This document shows positions 19,101 to 28,270 of a DNA stretch of 33,055 nt, piece by piece. Each line of letters opens with the position of its first letter. Position 1 is the first letter of the stretch. The notes beneath the pieces are model-generated. The model was not told the origin of the DNA and did no database searches. It was given only the letters and a program-made list of their open reading frames with translations. The position numbers and the translations under genes are program-made. The DNA is from a virus (taxonomy: Duplodnaviria > Caudoviricetes). The stretch covers positions 1-33,055 of the IMG/VR virus record IMGVR_UViG_3300044228_003889; one strand, written 5' to 3'.

Positions 19101-22100
19101 TAATGAAACATCAGGAAATGTAGAGACAGTAAACAGTTACAATACTCTTGATTATTCAAAAGATATACCATATGTGTTTGATAGTTGGGCCTCAGATTAT
19201 CTTGATTTTAGACCAAGGGTTGCACCATTTAATAGATCTGGTAGTTCTGCTTCACCATTTGTAAATGCGTCTAGAAATTTTGCATTATCTAATTCTGATA
19301 ATGTGGTTTCAGGTAAAACGGTTGTTGTTGATTATTCTTATTATCAAGGAAGAGTAGATAGACTATATTTAACAAAGGATGGTCTTTTTGATGTAAAAGA
19401 GGGTAAACCATCAAGAATTCCAAAGGCACCAGTGCATAATCAAGGTGCTTTTCAGGTGGCAACAATTAAATATCCTCCCTATGTTCGCCATGCTTCTGAA
19501 GTGCTAACAAAAAAAGTTCCTCATAAAAGATATACTATGAGGGATATTGGTGGTTTAGAGAATAGAATTAAAAATTTAGAAAATTATACAACACTATCTT
19601 TACTCGAAACTGATACTAAAAATTTATCAATAAAAGATCCAAATACTGGATTAGATAAATTTAAATCTGGTTTCTTTGTTGATAACTTTAGAAATCATAG
19701 TTCTCACAATTTAATTGGTGAGTCTAAATTTGATATCGATATTGATAATAGTGAATGTAGACCAAGATCAACAGAAAGAAATGTTGGATTAATATTTGAA
19801 ACTGTTACTACTCAATCAAATCCTACAACCACAGACTACAATTTTGTTAATGATTTTTCTGATTCTAATATTACTAGGGGCGGTGCTGCGTTAACTTTAA
19901 ATTACACTGAATCACTATTCATAGATCAACCAAATGCAACTAGAGTAGAAAATCTTAATCCATTTCTTGTCGATGTATTTGTTGGATCAATTGAACTACT
20001 TCCAAGTTCTGATTTTTGGATTGAAGAAATTCCTTTAGCTCCTCAAAATATTGAAATTGATAATGCTTTTGATGCAATATCACAATTACTCGGAGTAGAA
20101 GATCGTGAAAATGGTGGAATGGCATCTAGTTTCTGGAACTCTCATGAAACTACTTGGAATGGACGAGATAGTGCGACTTTAATTAATGAAAATATTATAG
20201 ACAGTCGTGTTACTAACAGAGATGTTGATGTGAATAGAGTAAGAGATACAAGAGCATGGGAAATAACTACAACCACTACTACTGATATACAAAATACAAT
20301 TAGACAAACTTTTGAAGAAACAGGTATAGAAAGAGAGTTTAATTTTGAACTATCAGCTGGTCAAGAAGTTATTGATTTAGGAACTAAAGTTGTAGGTATT
20401 GATGTTCTTTATAATGTAAGATCTAGAAATATTCAAGTGTTTGCTAAAAAAGTAAAACCAAATACAAGATATTATGTATTCATGGAAAATACAGATTTAA
20501 CTCCATATGCAGTTCCTAAGTATCTTCCAATCACAATGAATAGAGGAACTTTTGCAATTAATGATATAGTTGAAAGTTCAAATAGCGAAACCTCTGGAAA
20601 TGCTAGTATCAAATTTAGAGTTGCATCACCAAATCATAAGTCAGGGCCATATAATAATCCAAATGATCTTGTAACTATTTTGCCTTTTCCAAATATAACA
20701 GTTCCTACCGCATATTCAAGTACAAGTGAAATATTAAATATTGATACTGCTGATTTATCTTTAGAAAATAATATCGATAATATTGGATGGGCCAGAAAAG
20801 GAATGCAACTAGTCAATTCAGCAGGAACAGCAGAAGCAACTGTTGGTGATTTAGCATTATTCAGTGATAGTAAAGGTGATCTAATATTTTCATTACATAT
20901 TCCCGATCCAAAAATTTCAGGCAATCCTTTATTTACTACTGGTAATAATACTATAAGAGTAACAACAAGCCAGACTAATGCTTCTATATTAGATCCTGGT
21001 TCAAGTTCTGCAGAAACAGAGTATTTTGCAAGTGGATATCAAACAAACACGCAAGAACAAACATTATCAATTAAGACACCTCAAATTGAAAGAGTAGAAG
21101 TTGCAAGTGAAGAAGTAACAAGAACATTTAATCGAGAAAGAACTGAAAACATAACTACAGTGGATGTTGATGTTCGAAGAAGAAGAATAAGAAGAGACCC
21201 ATTGGCACAATCATTCTTAGTTTATCCAAATGTATATCCAAATGGTATCTTTATTACTAGTGGTGAAGTATTTTTCAAAACTAAAGATGATGAAATTCCA
21301 GTAAGTGTTCAGATTAGAACAATGAGAGATGGAATACCAACTCAAACTATTGTTCCTTTTGGTGAAACTGTAATAAATTCAGAGGATATAAATCTATCTG
21401 AAGATGGTAGTGCTGCAACCACATTTACTTTCAAATCACCAGTTTATCTTCAAAGTGGGTATGAGTATTGTATAGTATTAATGGCACCACATACATTGAA
21501 TTACCTAGCGTTCATTAACAGAATGGGTGAAAGTGATTTAATTACTCAAGGATTAAACAGTACTCAACCAACTTTAGGTTCATTGTTTAAATCACAAAAT
21601 AATAGTACTTGGACACCAAGTCAATATGAAGATCTTAAGTTCAAACTTAATAAAGCAGATTTTGTAACAAACTCACCATCAAGTGTCTTACTTTATAACA
21701 GTGAATTGCCTCTAGGTAAAATTAAAAAAGTTAATCCAGTTGTTGGATTTTCAAAAAGAGTTAATGTCAAACTAGGAATAGCAACTGAAATGACTCTTAC
21801 ACCAGGTGATGAGATTCAACAAACAGTTAGTGGAGTAGTTCATACGGGAAGAATATTTAAAACTGGTGGGCCAATAAAAACAGGAACCAGTAAGTTAACT
21901 ATAATATCAAATACTGGTATCGGATTGACAGATGGAGCATTTACTGGTATTGGATTTACATCATTAACTGGAGATGGTTCAGGTTTAACTGCAAATGTGA
22001 CAGTTGCTAGTAATGCGGTAACTGCTGGTAATGTTAATATTCAGAGTGGTGGATCAGGATATGCACCTGGTGACTTGTTACTTATGAACTCACTTGGTGC

Positions 22101-23532
22101 AACTGGATCTGGAGTCAGGGCAGTTGTTACATCTCATGTATCAATTGGTGGAACAGATTTAATTATTTTAGATGAAGTTAGCAATGATTTTGTTGCAACC
22201 ACAGATATGGTTCATTTTACCCAAAGTGGATCACAAACAACTTTATTAAACGGTGAGATTACTTCGGTTAATCCAGATCCTATAAGAGATGGATATACTC
22301 TTAAATTTGATCATAAAAATCATGGAATGCATGCAAATACAAACAAAGTTAAAGTTTCAAACTTCCATCCAGATGGAGCTCCAACAACTCTATCCCAGAA
22401 TATAGATGATGATAGTACTCAAATAACTGTCACATCTGGAACTAGTTTTGAAACATTTGAAGGTAAAACAGTTAGTGTATCTTTTCCTGGTTATATTTTA
22501 ATTGACAAAGAAATAATAGAATATAGAGGTGTTTCTGGAAATATTTTAACAAATATTACTAGAAGTATTGATTCTAGTTTAAAATCAAATCACAGTGCAA
22601 CAACTTCAGTATTTAAATATGAATTTAATGGTGTTTCATTACTTAAAATCAATAAAGAACATGACATTGATCCTAGAGAAAAAACATTTGATAGTTATTT
22701 TGTAAAAGTTTCTACTGCATCAACAGAACCAACGTTTAATACAACAAAAACAGGTGGTGGCAGTGCAGTTCATGTATCCCAAAATATTCCTTTTGAAGTA
22801 ATTGACCCACAAATTACCTCAATTACACCTACTGGAACAAATGTATCTGCTAGAATTAAAACAACATCTGGAACAAGTTTAAGTGGAAATGAAGCATCAT
22901 TTGTCGATGCTGGTTATGAAAATGTCGCATTGAATAAATTGAATTATCTTGATAGTCCTAGAATCATAGCTTCAAAAACTAATGAATACAATATACTTAG
23001 TAACGAAAAATCATTTGCTTTAGAGTTAACACTCACAACTAACAATTCAGATGTATCACCAGTAATTGATTTAGAAAATCCAAATGCTATCTTGATAAGT
23101 AATCTTGTTGATGATAAAGTTGATGATTTTGAAACTGCTAGTGGGCCAAAAATTCCTGGTTATGATCCTAATACTGCAATATATGAAACAAGAATGATTA
23201 ATTTAGAATTTGTTTCTAATTCATTGTTTGTTCAATTTGATGGGCATAGAGAAGCAGAAGGAGATATTCGAGTATTCTACAAATTAATAAGAAGTGATGG
23301 TGATGATACTCATGCAACTTATATTCCATTCAATAGTAACGGATTACCAGACAAAGTTATAAATCCAAACAAAAATAGTAATGCCTTTAGTGAGTATAAG
23401 TTTACTGCTGAAAATACTCCACAATTTAATGGATTTATGATTAAAGTCGTCATGACATCAACCAGTCAGGCAAAACCACCTAGAATTAAAAACTTTAGAT
23501 CAATTGCTCTTAGGTCATTTGAGATTGAATAA
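16180..23532 (+). CDS. VrlC-like / DUF4815 large virion structural protein (2450 aa)
   Basis: NLNVSPYFDDF, VLFKPGFPVQARELT.LQS.LQ.Q, APGADR, LARRT.DESGDY, GKAYVRGYE, RYTMRDIG.LE.RI..LEYYT-like, DPLAQSF motifs. Confidence 0.85.
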   Translation: MPQNTNLNVSPYFDDFVDSKNYQKVLFKPGFPVQARELTTLQSILQNQIEKFGQHFFKEGSMIIPGGTSYDSEYHAVKIDPNFLNIPVSSYTKVLVDNNIKIKGETSGVEATVVNRILSSESIDGFDTLYVKYTKSGTDGETKVFLDGENLITLSDISYLNTSITANGQFARTIVSNSTSIGSAFSVSEGVYFIRGFFVKNVSSTVILDQYANTPSYRVGFLLKEETLGPSSVNSDLYDNAKGFSNEAAPGADRFKLSVVLHRKLLTDTNDSDFVELLRVENGVVKEIVTKTDYNIFADELARRTYDESGDYYIKPFSIDVRESLNDRIGNRGIYFDTQQTQNGNAPADDIISLQVSSGKAYVRGYEIDKISTTSIDVLKPRTTKLVENQSVPIRMGKSVEITNVVGSPEIDFSNNTTKQVSFLRNRLTNLKAAQVGAFDVDDRVGTAKVYDYKQKTTSGIAVTTYNLSLYDVQLYTRLTISKNIDASYGSYTRVEGKYSGAVGYSVSTITNTTVIVLTDVTGQFQLNEPLIINGITEGNSVTAIEDNTFEDIKAVHSFDGLGAGSTTFAANTVLSTTKKAFPESIEFTISGGNTLKSPQIADFRSQIKVGDIIIYGTAGETDPTFNKVTSVVQNQVGLAAVADVTDVCDGSVNNGTISGLNVVIPTLNETDDPGFRVKLADKYISSMNVLDSSYIIRKKISKTFTDNSVQFNISDITTGDTSNLFFEPFSTSNYVLELDNTVEKLLDPMVSVDSGLKQVTISGLSGPATSRTAKLIVAVRRSKLASKEKSLTRCSNLIVDRSESVGSGTTIDGLTTSTVYGTRVQDKELSLDVPEVTRVLAVLESNDNNSPDLPLIGVTNQSDTFTDNVVVGEQFIGGTSGAVARVVVVQATQLSFVYENENTFEIGENISLKTSGIFATITGITPGDRNILKNYDLDNGQREEFCDYSRLMRKVDSEKPTRRLRIIFDHLVNNETSGNVETVNSYNTLDYSKDIPYVFDSWASDYLDFRPRVAPFNRSGSSASPFVNASRNFALSNSDNVVSGKTVVVDYSYYQGRVDRLYLTKDGLFDVKEGKPSRIPKAPVHNQGAFQVATIKYPPYVRHASEVLTKKVPHKRYTMRDIGGLENRIKNLENYTTLSLLETDTKNLSIKDPNTGLDKFKSGFFVDNFRNHSSHNLIGESKFDIDIDNSECRPRSTERNVGLIFETVTTQSNPTTTDYNFVNDFSDSNITRGGAALTLNYTESLFIDQPNATRVENLNPFLVDVFVGSIELLPSSDFWIEEIPLAPQNIEIDNAFDAISQLLGVEDRENGGMASSFWNSHETTWNGRDSATLINENIIDSRVTNRDVDVNRVRDTRAWEITTTTTTDIQNTIRQTFEETGIEREFNFELSAGQEVIDLGTKVVGIDVLYNVRSRNIQVFAKKVKPNTRYYVFMENTDLTPYAVPKYLPITMNRGTFAINDIVESSNSETSGNASIKFRVASPNHKSGPYNNPNDLVTILPFPNITVPTAYSSTSEILNIDTADLSLENNIDNIGWARKGMQLVNSAGTAEATVGDLALFSDSKGDLIFSLHIPDPKISGNPLFTTGNNTIRVTTSQTNASILDPGSSSAETEYFASGYQTNTQEQTLSIKTPQIERVEVASEEVTRTFNRERTENITTVDVDVRRRRIRRDPLAQSFLVYPNVYPNGIFITSGEVFFKTKDDEIPVSVQIRTMRDGIPTQTIVPFGETVINSEDINLSEDGSAATTFTFKSPVYLQSGYEYCIVLMAPHTLNYLAFINRMGESDLITQGLNSTQPTLGSLFKSQNNSTWTPSQYEDLKFKLNKADFVTNSPSSVLLYNSELPLGKIKKVNPVVGFSKRVNVKLGIATEMTLTPGDEIQQTVSGVVHTGRIFKTGGPIKTGTSKLTIISNTGIGLTDGAFTGIGFTSLTGDGSGLTANVTVASNAVTAGNVNIQSGGSGYAPGDLLLMNSLGATGSGVRAVVTSHVSIGGTDLIILDEVSNDFVATTDMVHFTQSGSQTTLLNGEITSVNPDPIRDGYTLKFDHKNHGMHANTNKVKVSNFHPDGAPTTLSQNIDDDSTQITVTSGTSFETFEGKTVSVSFPGYILIDKEIIEYRGVSGNILTNITRSIDSSLKSNHSATTSVFKYEFNGVSLLKINKEHDIDPREKTFDSYFVKVSTASTEPTFNTTKTGGGSAVHVSQNIPFEVIDPQITSITPTGTNVSARIKTTSGTSLSGNEASFVDAGYENVALNKLNYLDSPRIIASKTNEYNILSNEKSFALELTLTTNNSDVSPVIDLENPNAILISNLVDDKVDDFETASGPKIPGYDPNTAIYETRMINLEFVSNSLFVQFDGHREAEGDIRVFYKLIRSDGDDTHATYIPFNSNGLPDKVINPNKNSNAFSEYKFTAENTPQFNGFMIKVVMTSTSQAKPPRIKNFRSIALRSFEIE

Positions 23533-23756
23533 TGGAGAAATATTTAAAAGTTAAATCTGATGTTTCTCTTGTAAGAGATATGGATTCTCATGCAATTGTT
23601 AATCAAAATAAAAGTGAATATGATAAATTTATTAAATTATCTCAGAAAAAATACGAAGAAAAGAAAAAATTTGACACTATGCGTAGTGATTTAGACTCTT
23701 TAAAACAAGATATGAATGAGATTAAAACTCTTCTTTTAAATTTTATGGATAAATGA
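23532..23756 (+). CDS. Hypothetical protein with C-terminal coiled coil (74 aa)
   Basis: TAATG coupling to VrlC; LVRD..S.AIVN and heptad LDSLKQDMNEIKTLL. Confidence 0.8.
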   Translation: MEKYLKVKSDVSLVRDMDSHAIVNQNKSEYDKFIKLSQKKYEEKKKFDTMRSDLDSLKQDMNEIKTLLLNFMDK

Positions 23757-23758
23757 TT

Positions 23759-23766
23759 TATAAATA
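23759..23766 (+). promoter_or_regulatory. T4-type late promoter TATAAATA
   Basis: Exact consensus 30 bp upstream of the ORF at 23796. Confidence 0.8.
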
Positions 23767-23795
23767 TTCCAAGATAGATTCTAATTAGTTAAATA

Positions 23796-24134
23796 ATGGC
23801 AGCATATATCAGTAACATAGTAATCGATGCTGGAGCTGATTTTGATCAAACTTTTAATTTAGAAAGTTCATCAAACGCACCACTAGATCTAAGTGGTTAC
23901 ACTGCAACTTCCAAATTAAAAAAGCACCCTGCCTCTTTAAATGACAAAGCAACATTTACGGTTTCATTTCCGAACCGTGCACAAGGAGTATTGAGAATAT
24001 CTTTGGGATCTTCTATAACGTCTGCTTTAAAAGCAGGTAGATACAGTTATGATGTATTATTAAATGATGGTTCTTTAAAAACAAGAATTGTTAGTGGAAG
24101 TGCGATTGTTACTGCTGGAGTTACTACAGGTTAA
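23796..24134 (+). CDS. Small virion structural protein, probable beta-sandwich (112 aa)
   Basis: NIVIDAGADF, LDLSGYTA, LKAGRY.YDV, RIVSG.A.V..GVT pattern of phage baseplate/fibre adaptor proteins. Confidence 0.7.
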   Translation: MAAYISNIVIDAGADFDQTFNLESSSNAPLDLSGYTATSKLKKHPASLNDKATFTVSFPNRAQGVLRISLGSSITSALKAGRYSYDVLLNDGSLKTRIVSGSAIVTAGVTTG

Positions 24135-24139
24135 TCAAC

Positions 24140-24367
24140 ATGGCTGACATAAAAGTTAGAGTCGGATCAAGAAATGCCAATAAAGTTATATCTACCTTAT
24201 CTGGTAGTGGTGGAACTCTAGGTGGGTTATCAGACGTAGACATATCTGGTGGTCTACAAGATGGAATGGTCTTGGTTTTTAATGCAGCAACGAGTAAATT
24301 TGAAGCAACTTTAGAATTAACACCAGGAGCAACACAAAATTTAAACATTAATGGGGGAAGTTTTTAA
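24140..24367 (+). CDS. Small fibre-associated protein (75 aa)
   Basis: LGGLSDVD....QDGMVLVFN....KF repeat unit typical of phage fibres; ends INGGSF. Confidence 0.65.
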   Translation: MADIKVRVGSRNANKVISTLSGSGGTLGGLSDVDISGGLQDGMVLVFNAATSKFEATLELTPGATQNLNINGGSF

Positions 24368-25801
24368 ATGGCCAGCATAATACGAGTAAAAAGATCGACT
24401 GGCAATGCTGCTCCGTCAACTATAAACTACGGTGAACTTGCGGTCACGATTGCAAATGGAACACAGGGAAATAAGGGTGGGAGATTATTTGTTGGAGACA
24501 ATACAAATCCAGATCCAGATCCGATAGTTATTGGTGGTAAGTATTACACTGATATGATGCAAAATACACCAGGTACAGTCGCTGGTGGTGCAAATGCTAA
24601 TGCTGGTACGTTAGCTAATGGTTTCATACCAATTCTTGATAGAGAAAGTTCAGGACATCCAGGTGGAAGTGCTACAGGTTTTGGTGAAGTTAGTGGTGCT
24701 GTGGCAAATATGCCAAGAGTTAATCAATGGAACGTAGACAATCTAACACTAGATGGAAATACAATAGCCTCAAATAATGTAGATGGAGATATTAAATTCG
24801 TAACTAATGGTGCAGGTCAAGTTATTATTAATGATGACACTAAGTTAACATTTGGTACAAGTGAAGATGCAAGTATAGAGTATGATGAAAATGGAACTGA
24901 TAAAGTTCAAGTCACTGGTGCAACATGGGTTTATAATACGCAAGTTGAAATGTTTGGTGGATTTAATGTTGATAACGTTGGAATTTCATCCAATGTTATA
25001 AGAACTAGATCTGGTGGTGGAAACACTTTATTCATTGATCCTTACCCAGATGGTTTAGATAGTGATGGAATGGTTATCATCAAAGGTAGTTTACAAGTAG
25101 ATGGAACAACAACCACTGTTAACTCTACTAATGCAACTTTAAATGATCCAATAATGAATATTGGTGATGTATCCAGTAAAAGAACTGTTACCTCTACAGT
25201 TGGATCTGGTGTATCAGCAATTACTTTAGATTCTGTTGTTGGTATTAATACTGGTGACGTTATAACTGGTAGTAATTCATTACCAGGTGCTGGAACTACC
25301 ACAATTAATTCTTACACCACACAACCAGGTGGAACTGGAATCGGAACAATTTTTATTGATGGCCAAACAACTGCTGGTATATTAACAACTACACAATTAA
25401 CAATTACTCACGGATTTGATACAAATACTGATCGTGGTATTTCTTTTAATTACAATACTGGAACTGGAGTAGCAAATAACAAAACTGGATTTTTTGGTTA
25501 TAATGATAGTACAGGTGAGAGTAGTAATGCACCTGAAAGATCTTTCACATATATTCCTGATGCAACCATCACTGGTAACGTTTTAAGTGGTACAAAAGGT
25601 TTCCTAGATATAAAAGGAATATACTTCCAAAGTGGAGATTATTCAACAGCTGGTAACGGAATCATCTATTTTGATACTACTGGTAAAATGGTTGGTGCTG
25701 CTGGTACAACTGCTGGCATATCCACCTCAAACTTTATACTCACAACGGATGCCAGTGGCATACCGAAGTGGACAACAACAATTGATGGAGGTCAATTCTA
25801 A
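24368..25801 (+). CDS. Tail fibre-like structural protein (477 aa)
   Basis: N-terminal IRVKRS....P.....GELA (Mtd-N-like anchor); G/T-rich; IKGSLQVDGTTTTVNST, DRGI.F.Y; ends IDGGQF. Confidence 0.7.
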   Translation: MASIIRVKRSTGNAAPSTINYGELAVTIANGTQGNKGGRLFVGDNTNPDPDPIVIGGKYYTDMMQNTPGTVAGGANANAGTLANGFIPILDRESSGHPGGSATGFGEVSGAVANMPRVNQWNVDNLTLDGNTIASNNVDGDIKFVTNGAGQVIINDDTKLTFGTSEDASIEYDENGTDKVQVTGATWVYNTQVEMFGGFNVDNVGISSNVIRTRSGGGNTLFIDPYPDGLDSDGMVIIKGSLQVDGTTTTVNSTNATLNDPIMNIGDVSSKRTVTSTVGSGVSAITLDSVVGINTGDVITGSNSLPGAGTTTINSYTTQPGGTGIGTIFIDGQTTAGILTTTQLTITHGFDTNTDRGISFNYNTGTGVANNKTGFFGYNDSTGESSNAPERSFTYIPDATITGNVLSGTKGFLDIKGIYFQSGDYSTAGNGIIYFDTTGKMVGAAGTTAGISTSNFILTTDASGIPKWTTTIDGGQF

Positions 25802-25804
25802 ACT

Positions 25805-25981
25805 ATGAACAGTGAAGTTGATGTGAATATTTTGATTAATCATTACCATAAGAAATTATCAACATTAGTTAATCAAAATATATTATTAGAAGCAAAAATG
25901 GAATCCATGACAAAGGATTACATGGATCTGAAGCAAAAATTTGATGAATTACAGAGTCCTAAAAGAGGAATTAAAAAATGA
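25805..25981 (+). CDS. Small coiled-coil hypothetical protein (58 aa)
   Basis: MNSEVDVNILINHYHKKLSTLVNQNILLEAKMESMTKDYMDLKQKFDELQSPKRGIKK; fills the gap; ATGA overlap with gp13; not in ORF track. Confidence 0.75.
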   Translation: MNSEVDVNILINHYHKKLSTLVNQNILLEAKMESMTKDYMDLKQKFDELQSPKRGIKK

Positions 25982-26793
25982 GTAAGCCATCCACAAGGCA
26001 AGGATTAATAGACTACTGCTTAAGAAAATTAGGTTATCCTGTGCTGGAAATTAATGTGGATGATGATCAAATTGATGATTTAATTGATGATGCTATTCAA
26101 TACTTTCAAGAACGTCATTTTGATGGTATTGAGAGAATGTTATTAAAACACAAAGTAACTAAAGAAAATAAAGAAACTCTAACAACTGGAGTTACTACCA
26201 CTACTGCTAATTCTACAGTTGGTATAACCACTACCACATTTGAAGAGTCACAAAATTTTATACAGTTGCCTGATCATGTGCTAGGTGTAGAAAGAGTTCT
26301 TAAAATAGATAATAGCACTATATCAAGTGGTTTATTTAATATTAAGTATCAAATATTTTTAAATGACCTTTACTATTATGGTGCACTTGATTTATTAAAT
26401 TATACAATGACAAAGACTTATCTTGAAGATTTAAGTCGTATCATTACACCAGACACACAAATAAGATTTAACAAGAAGCAAGGAAGATTATATTTAGATA
26501 TTGATTTTCAACAGATGTCTGATGATACTTTTATAATTATTGATGGTTATCGTCTTTTAGATCCAGCAGATGTAAGTAAAATATACAATGATTTTTGGTT
26601 AAAGAAATATGCAACAGCATTAATCAAAAAACAATGGGGAATGAATTTAATAAAATTCCAAGGTGTAATGTTACCTGGTGGTGTTGCATTGAATGGTAGA
26701 GAAATATATGAAGATGCAATTAGAGAACTAGAAGAACTAGAAAACACACTCAAAACAGAATACGAATTACCACCTCTTGACTTTATAGGATGA
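25978..26793 (+). CDS. gp13: Neck protein gp13
   Basis: LIDYCLRKLG.PVLEINV..DQ..D.I..A.Q.F.E.HFDG, WLK.YATALIK.QWG.NL.KF....LPGGV..NG. Confidence 0.95.
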   Translation: MSKPSTRQGLIDYCLRKLGYPVLEINVDDDQIDDLIDDAIQYFQERHFDGIERMLLKHKVTKENKETLTTGVTTTTANSTVGITTTTFEESQNFIQLPDHVLGVERVLKIDNSTISSGLFNIKYQIFLNDLYYYGALDLLNYTMTKTYLEDLSRIITPDTQIRFNKKQGRLYLDIDFQQMSDDTFIIIDGYRLLDPADVSKIYNDFWLKKYATALIKKQWGMNLIKFQGVMLPGGVALNGREIYEDAIRELEELENTLKTEYELPPLDFIG

Positions 26794-26797
26794 TATT

Positions 26798-28243
26798 ATG
26801 CCACTTTCTCCGTATTTTTTACAAGGATCTTCGAGTGAACAAAGATTAGTTCAAGATCTCATAAATGAGCAATTAAAAATTTATGGTCAAGATGTAGTTT
26901 ATCTTCCTCGTAAAATTATAAACAAAAAAACAATTATGAAGGAGGTTGTGGCCTCTACTTTTGATGATGCTTATCGTATGGAAGCATATCTTTTAAATTA
27001 TCAAGGATTTGAGGGTAACGGAGATATTTTACAAAAATTCGGAGTTCAAACTACAGACGCAGTGACGTTTGTTATATCAAAAGAAAGATACGAAGATTTT
27101 ATAAGTCCATTTTTAACTGGAGAAAGTGATGTAGAGCTTGCAACAAGGCCAGAAGAAGGAGATTTAATTTATTTCCCTCTTGATAACACCATGTTTGAAA
27201 TTAAGTATGTTGAGGGTAAAAAACCATTTTACCAATTGAATAACCTTTATGTTTACACTTTAAGTTGTGAGGTAATGGATTATGCTCTTGATGAGAATAT
27301 TGACACTGGACTTGAAGAAGTTGATAAAGCAGCAGTTGAATTTGGATTCACAACAAGATTAAGTATGGTGAGTATCGCTGCATCAACAGCAACAGCAACA
27401 GTTCAATTGTCTAAAGATGCAGGTAATACTAACATTGGTAAGGGTGTTGCATTCATTGATTTAATTAATGATGGAACAGGATATACACTACCACCACTAA
27501 TTGGTATTTCATCAGCACCAAGTCAAGGTATTAATGCAACTGCTGTTGCAATTATGACAAGTCGAACTGGTCAAAATGGTCAGTCTATAGATCGTATTGA
27601 ACTAACAAATCCTGGTTTTGCTTATACAACACCTCCAACAATTACAATTCGAAGTCAAAATGCATTTGGAACTGGTGCTGCAGCAACTGCAGTCATAGCA
27701 GAAGGAACAATATCAACACCAACCATTACTAATCCAGGTGCAAGTTATAGTGTAGTTCCTAAAGTTTCTATTAATCCTGTTGGACTTGATACAAATATTG
27801 GAATCGGATCAACTGCAAAGGCAGTGGCAATAATCAATACTCTTGGTCAACTTGCCTCAATTAGATATACCTTTGCAGGTGTTGGATATACTGCAACACC
27901 AACAGTAACTATTGATCCACCAGTAAAAGCAGGTATCTCTAGTGGTAATTATCTCTTTAAGGAAGTAGTTAGAGGAGTTTCAACAGGAACAACGGCTATC
28001 GTTGCTAATTGGGATTCTGATGATAGAATACTCAAAGTTACAAATGTTGGTGGTGTAGGATTTGCTGTCGGTGAATCAGTCGTTGGTATTGGAACTACTC
28101 TATTAGGATCAGACTCAGAATATGTTGTTAGAAGTGTTTCCGATCAAGATGAGTATGATTTATACAACGAAAATATTACAGTAGAATCAGAGGCAGACTC
28201 AATTATTGACTTTTCTGAAGACAATCCGTTCGGTGATTTCTAA
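26798..28243 (+). CDS. gp14: Neck protein gp14 with internal repeat insertion
   Basis: EQ.L..DL..E....YG.DV.Y.PR, KFG, P.EGDLIYFP, FEI..VE...PFYQL, C-terminal IDFSE.NPFG. Confidence 0.92.
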   Translation: MPLSPYFLQGSSSEQRLVQDLINEQLKIYGQDVVYLPRKIINKKTIMKEVVASTFDDAYRMEAYLLNYQGFEGNGDILQKFGVQTTDAVTFVISKERYEDFISPFLTGESDVELATRPEEGDLIYFPLDNTMFEIKYVEGKKPFYQLNNLYVYTLSCEVMDYALDENIDTGLEEVDKAAVEFGFTTRLSMVSIAASTATATVQLSKDAGNTNIGKGVAFIDLINDGTGYTLPPLIGISSAPSQGINATAVAIMTSRTGQNGQSIDRIELTNPGFAYTTPPTITIRSQNAFGTGAAATAVIAEGTISTPTITNPGASYSVVPKVSINPVGLDTNIGIGSTAKAVAIINTLGQLASIRYTFAGVGYTATPTVTIDPPVKAGISSGNYLFKEVVRGVSTGTTAIVANWDSDDRILKVTNVGGVGFAVGESVVGIGTTLLGSDSEYVVRSVSDQDEYDLYNENITVESEADSIIDFSEDNPFGDF

Positions 28244-28246
28244 ATA
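28240..28246 (+). promoter_or_regulatory. Putative late promoter CTAAATA
   Basis: Late-promoter variant overlapping the gp14 stop, about 25 bp before gp15. Confidence 0.5.
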
Positions 28247-28270
28247 GTTTGGATAAGTCCTGTTTAAGAT

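Noticed and set aside
16180-23532. Virulence factor, from the name VrlC
   Set aside because: The name is historical; context indicates a virion structural protein
24368-25801. Diversity-generating retroelement target (Mtd-like N-terminus)
   Set aside because: No reverse transcriptase, no TR/VR pair and no C-type-lectin-like C-terminus seen in the window
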